Shown here in pieces: positions 59,501 through 64,000 of a DNA stretch of 64,000 bases (within the stretch, counting starts at the first letter, position 1; each line of letters starts with the position of its first letter). The position numbers were made by a program, and so were the translations under genes. A model generated the notes under the pieces. That model saw only the letters and a program-made list of their open reading frames with translations. It did not search any database and was not told the DNA's origin. This DNA is from Felis catus. Taxonomy: Eukaryota. The stretch spans positions 16,432,001 through 16,496,000 of the forward strand of contig NC_058369.1 of assembly GCF_018350175.1 (NCBI RefSeq), read 5' to 3'.

Positions 59501-61192
59501 GCCTGATGAGGAGAGGGACCCAGATACAGACGGCTGGACCCTTCCCCCCTTTTACAGATGGTGAAACTGAGGCCCGGAAAATAAACGAGAGACTGGGAGG
59601 GTTGGGAGAGGCAGGAAGCCTTAGTCTGCATTTGGGCTTGCCCCTCCTGTGGGCGAGGCCCCATTGGGTGGTCGTGGTCAATGGGTCGGAGTGGACTCTG
59701 GGTGCCAGCAGGCGAGGTGGAAAGGTAGGGTCCTGCTTTGACCTGATTTGAGTCAACTCAGACTGCTCCCCACCAGGGCACCAGCAGTGATGAGCTCCTC
59801 CCTGACCCTGACCGAGGAGGCCCCTACCTCCTGGGGGTCCAGCCAGAAGGAAAGATTTGCCTTGGATGCAGAAGGAGGGGGTAGGGGAGGTGAGCTAGGA
59901 GGGATGTTTGAAAGGGATGGAGGGAGGCCCTCCCCTCCTGAGTTCCCTGTCCTGTCTCGGAGACTACCTCAAGTGGCCTCTGAAGGTGAAGGGAGTGACT
60001 CTGACCCAGGTGTCCTGTCAGAGCTGAAAATCTGGTGTCCCCCAAAGTCTGTGTCTCACACACATAGGCTCCCACTTTCCTTCTGCTTTCACAGCAGGGA
60101 GGGATTCCAGGGTAATGCCCCCCTCCTCTTCACCTAGCATCAGCCTCCCTCCCTACACCTGCCTGGCATCATGCTGCTGGCTCAGGTGTGCCCTGGGCAC
60201 AATGGGCTATTGTGTGCCCCTGATCTCGTCACTAGGGGGAAGTTCATGACCAGATCAGCTGGCCCTCTGTGAAGAGGCTGGCTGACTGTCTCCTAGGACT
60301 GCAGGCTGGATCTGGGGGGCCCTAGGGACCTAGAATACAGGCCATAAGTGCCACAGTTTATGGAGTCCCCTTAGGTGGTGAGAGGTCCAGGCCCCTGGCA
60401 GGAGGCAGCGTGTGTGACCCAGGGCAAGCTCTTTACACCTCTGAGTCTCTATCTGTAAATTTGGCATACCCTTGATCTCAGGGTAGCTTAGACTCCGAAG
60501 AGAAGTAGCCAGTGTGGCTTGTCTGAGCCAGAGAAAGTTCCTGCTTCCTTGGGTTCCCTTATCCAGGTCTCTCTGTTGACATCTCCAAGGGTTGGTCTTT
60601 GGGAAGGGAAAAGATTCAGAAGGAAATCTGCCCCTGGCCCCCATGCGTCTGATTGCCCATGTGGCTGTGGGCAAGTTCTTGGTCCTCAGTTTCTTCCCCG
60701 CGGTGACCAGATGAAGGCGGGGCGGGGGGAGGGGGCACTTGAACCAGATAATGAGTCTGAGGGACGTTAATGGTGGGTCTTCAGGTTACCTTGGTACTGT
60801 CTTCCAGGACTGTACCTCCAGCATAGCGTGGTTGCCTACCCTTCTAGTTGAGTTCTGCAAATGGTCAGCCCCCCTATTCCCTCGGTGGGGGGGGGGGGTT
60901 AGCACTCATCTGTGCTGAGTCCCCTCTCCCTTCCAGCTCCTCACTTCATCAGGGCAGGTCTGGGGCACGGGCTGGCTGGTTGTAGCCCCAGAAGCCTGGG
61001 CAGTCAGGGGGTGGCCTAGGGCCGAGCAAACAAATCCAGGATGTGAGTATGAACCGGAAGCTTCGGCCAACCTCCCAGTGCTGCCTTCCTGCCCACATGG
61101 TCCTGCTCCTGCTCTCGGAACAGGTCCCCACCCCTCCATGCTGGGCTCCCAGGGAGTGGTGGCTGTGCTACTTTGAGCCCTGCTGGGGACCT

Positions 61193-61194
<2 letters not shown>

Positions 61195-61238
<44 letters not shown>
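61195..61238. repeat. (TG)22 microsatellite
   Basis: Read directly. Confidence 0.95.
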
Positions 61239-61241
<3 letters not shown>

Positions 61242-64000
61242 ACTTGGGGGAGGGGTAAGATAAGGTAAGACTGATAGAGGGTGCTGTGTTAAGAGACCCC
61301 TCAGTTGGCCAGCCACCCAGTCAGAAGGTTCTCCCGTGCCCCTCCCCTCAGCAGAGAGCTGACATCAGCTGGCAAACCTGTTTTCCCAGTTGTGGGTCTA
61401 GGCCCGCCCAGGGGAGCACCCCCCCTTTCTGCCCTTCCTTTCTCCTCACAGACCCCAGGTTCAGACCCGCCCACCCCCCTCCCTCTAGGGGCCACAAGTG
61501 GGGAAGGAGCACTGCTGAGGGAGGAGTAGCCCTTGGACATCACTCAATCTGAGCCCCTCGGGGCCCTGGTAGGGAAACCAAGGCAGGGTCATACCAAGGT
61601 CATCGGACACATTTGGGGCAGAGTCCGGCAGAGTTCTGACCCAGTCTCTGTCCTGGGAAAGGTCTAGTTCTGTGGGCAGGAAGCCTTAGGTGGGTCTGCA
61701 CCCTGGGACAGCACAAGCTGTTTCCTCTGCATGGAGTCTTCTCCTTCCCGTTTGGGGGAGACTTTGTCTCCTGTCCCCCTGATTGGGCTGGACCTCAGAT
61801 CAGGCAGGTCCCCATTTTCACCCTCGCTGTGCTTGCTACTTGGCAGTTTCCCCCCACCTCACGTTTCGCAGAGGCTCCGCACGTGTTAGCTGAGTGGCTG
61901 GATGCAGGAGACAGGCCCCACAGCAGTGACCTGTCATGCCCTCGGAGGCTTAGTTTGGGCCTTGTGGGCAGAGGGGATGGGAACTCCAGGAGCCAGCACA
62001 AGGCAGTGGGAAGCACGAGAGGCCAGTTGTCAGGAGTGAGGGGGTGCCTAGGCGATAGGTGGGAGCTTCCCCAGGGAGGGCTAGCAAGGGGGTGAGGACA
62101 GGAGGACTGGGAACAGCAGCCAGCAGGCTGGCAGTTGGGCAGCATGTAAAAGTTATGCAAAATAACACGCCCACGAGCAGCCCCTCTTTGGGCGGAGCAG
62201 TAGTGTTGCTCAACGGCCCCCCAGTGAAAGGGAGTGCTGGGGGGCATGGCATCTGGGGGCGCTCAGGGCCGCCAGGGTCAGGACAGGTCAGACATTCAGG
62301 TTACAGGTGGGGAGCCCAGGCTGAACTCTCCAGTTACGTCTTTGAGGACGCGGGGTTCCAGGGAGGTCAGGTTGGAGCTGGAGGTGAGGTTGCTCTGTTC
62401 ACCCCTCACTGGTCCTTAACCTGACTGCTGACCTCCACTGCTTCATGGAAACCTGGTCAGGCCCTCTGCTTCCTCTGGGACTTTAGCTGGATCATATGCC
62501 TCCCCGTGCCTCAGTTTACCCTCTTCAAATGGGGAAAAGCGAGGCAGAATAGCCTCCTTAGTGCTTATACCTCAGAGGAGCAACCAGGGTTTCCTCTTCC
62601 CTGCCTTTATTCCTAAGGCAGCTGACGGGGCAGGACTGAGGTGATGGGGAGAGTAGCACAGAGCCCAGGCGTGGGGGGAGGGGCTGGTAATCCCTGGAGT
62701 TGTCATGGCAACTGGGGAGCTGATGTGGAAGTGTGGGGTCCCCATGGAAACAAGGTCGGTTACTATGGGGACCCTGGAAGGAAATTCTCGGTTTCCATAG
62801 TGATAGGACAAGGGGAAGGTTAAGCCCTAGGGGGCATTATGGAGACCAAAAGGTCCACCCCTTTCAAGACCCCATCCTCAGGTAAGGGGGAGAGCCTGGT
62901 CCAGCCACCCGGGGAACTTGTAGCACTGTGCCTCAGTTGCCGTTGCCTCTGGCAAAGTCCCCATCTTCCCGCTTCTTTCTTTGACCTGAGGTCCTCCAAG
63001 TCTGACCTCCGGGCCCCATAGTGTAGCCAGAAGCCACCTTCGGCTTGACGTTGCCATCACCCTCCTGATGCTGAGCGGGAAGACCCCCAGGCCTGAAAGA
63101 GTTTATCCTGACCAGACCCCACCCCACCCTGTCCCATTTCTGCTTGCCTGTCCCTGGAAATGGGGTGCTCACTACCACCCAGGCAATTCTGACCAGGAGC
63201 GGTCACCCACTGTGGAGCTACAATCCTCTCTCCTTACCCTGTTCCTGGCTCTAACCTGGGGGCCACCAACAGACTCCCATTCTACCCACCTGGGACAGCC
63301 ACCCGTGAGACCTTGGTTCTGCTGGTGAGCCAAGGTCCGCCACTCGTTAGTCACTCACCGAGGTGTGTGGGGAGAACGTTAGTGCTGCTCTAGCGTGCCA
63401 AGGGCTTGGGAAGGCAGAGCCCCTGGATTTGGGGATGGAGCTCCCCGCTCGCCTTACCTGGTGCTGGTGGGTGTGGCTAGCGAGCCTTTTGGGGCAGCTG
63501 AAGCGTAAAGAGATTAATGTTGAGTAACAGCCTACTAAATGTGAGAACCGGGGCTGGACTCCAGAACCCGTGCCCTCAGCCCCTGACTGGCAGCCCCAGC
63601 CCCTGAATCACCAGACAGGGCTGGGTCTTGAAAAAGATGCTGGCTCTGGGGAGCATTCAGGCAGAGGAAGCATGGAGGGCAAAGCTGTTACAGACCCGTG
63701 GGCGTGGGGACAGAGAGTCATGCCTTGGGGCTGGGCCATCCAGGGGGTCCGGGGTGCTGTGACATGGGAGGAGGCCGTGCTGCCTAAACCTCGTGCCTAA
63801 AGCACTTGCCTAAACCTCGTGCTGGGTGGGTGACTGGCTGATCAGACAGTGGCGGCCACTCGTGCGTACCTGAGGCACACTGGACGCCAGACGCTGGTTA
63901 AGGAATTTTTGCGTATTGCGCCACTGTAAACTCCAAGAGAGGTGGTGATGGGGAGAGGGGTTTGAAGGCAGGTCTGGGCCCTGAGGTGACACCCAGGGCA

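Noticed and set aside
63781..63822. 16-bp direct repeat tgcctaaacctcgtgc
   Set aside because: Small local slippage duplication with no evidence of function.
19..63992. The several hundred other ORFs in the track
   Set aside because: No recognisable domains; many start at non-ATG codons or derive from SINE/L1 sequence. Only those overlapping CCDC12 or NBEAL2 exons contain real coding sequence.

Overview
Mammalian (felid, most likely cat) genomic DNA, identified by numerous Felis-type Can-SINEs. The window contains the complete 7-coding-exon CCDC12 gene on the minus strand (ATG 56513 to TGA 2681; 501-nt CDS, 166 aa, all GT-AG introns, with a 33 kb intron 1 and 17 kb intron 2). Divergently, it contains the CpG-island promoter and first coding exon of NBEAL2 (59208-59258). 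The rest is intronic DNA with about 20 Can-SINEs, old L1/L2/MIR/hAT remnants and microsatellites. Almost all ORFs in the supplied track are spurious. I found no convincing novel coding system. The most notable non-coding signals are: a RUNX/E-box-GATA/ETS cluster near 30.1-30.4 kb (likely the haematopoietic NBEAL2 enhancer), a dense RFX X-box cluster in NBEAL2 intron 1, a perfect (CCCTAA)6 interstitial telomeric insert in CCDC12 intron 3, and an out-of-frame upstream ATG ahead of the NBEAL2 start. Repeat boundaries are approximate; subfamily names are from recall, not from a database search.
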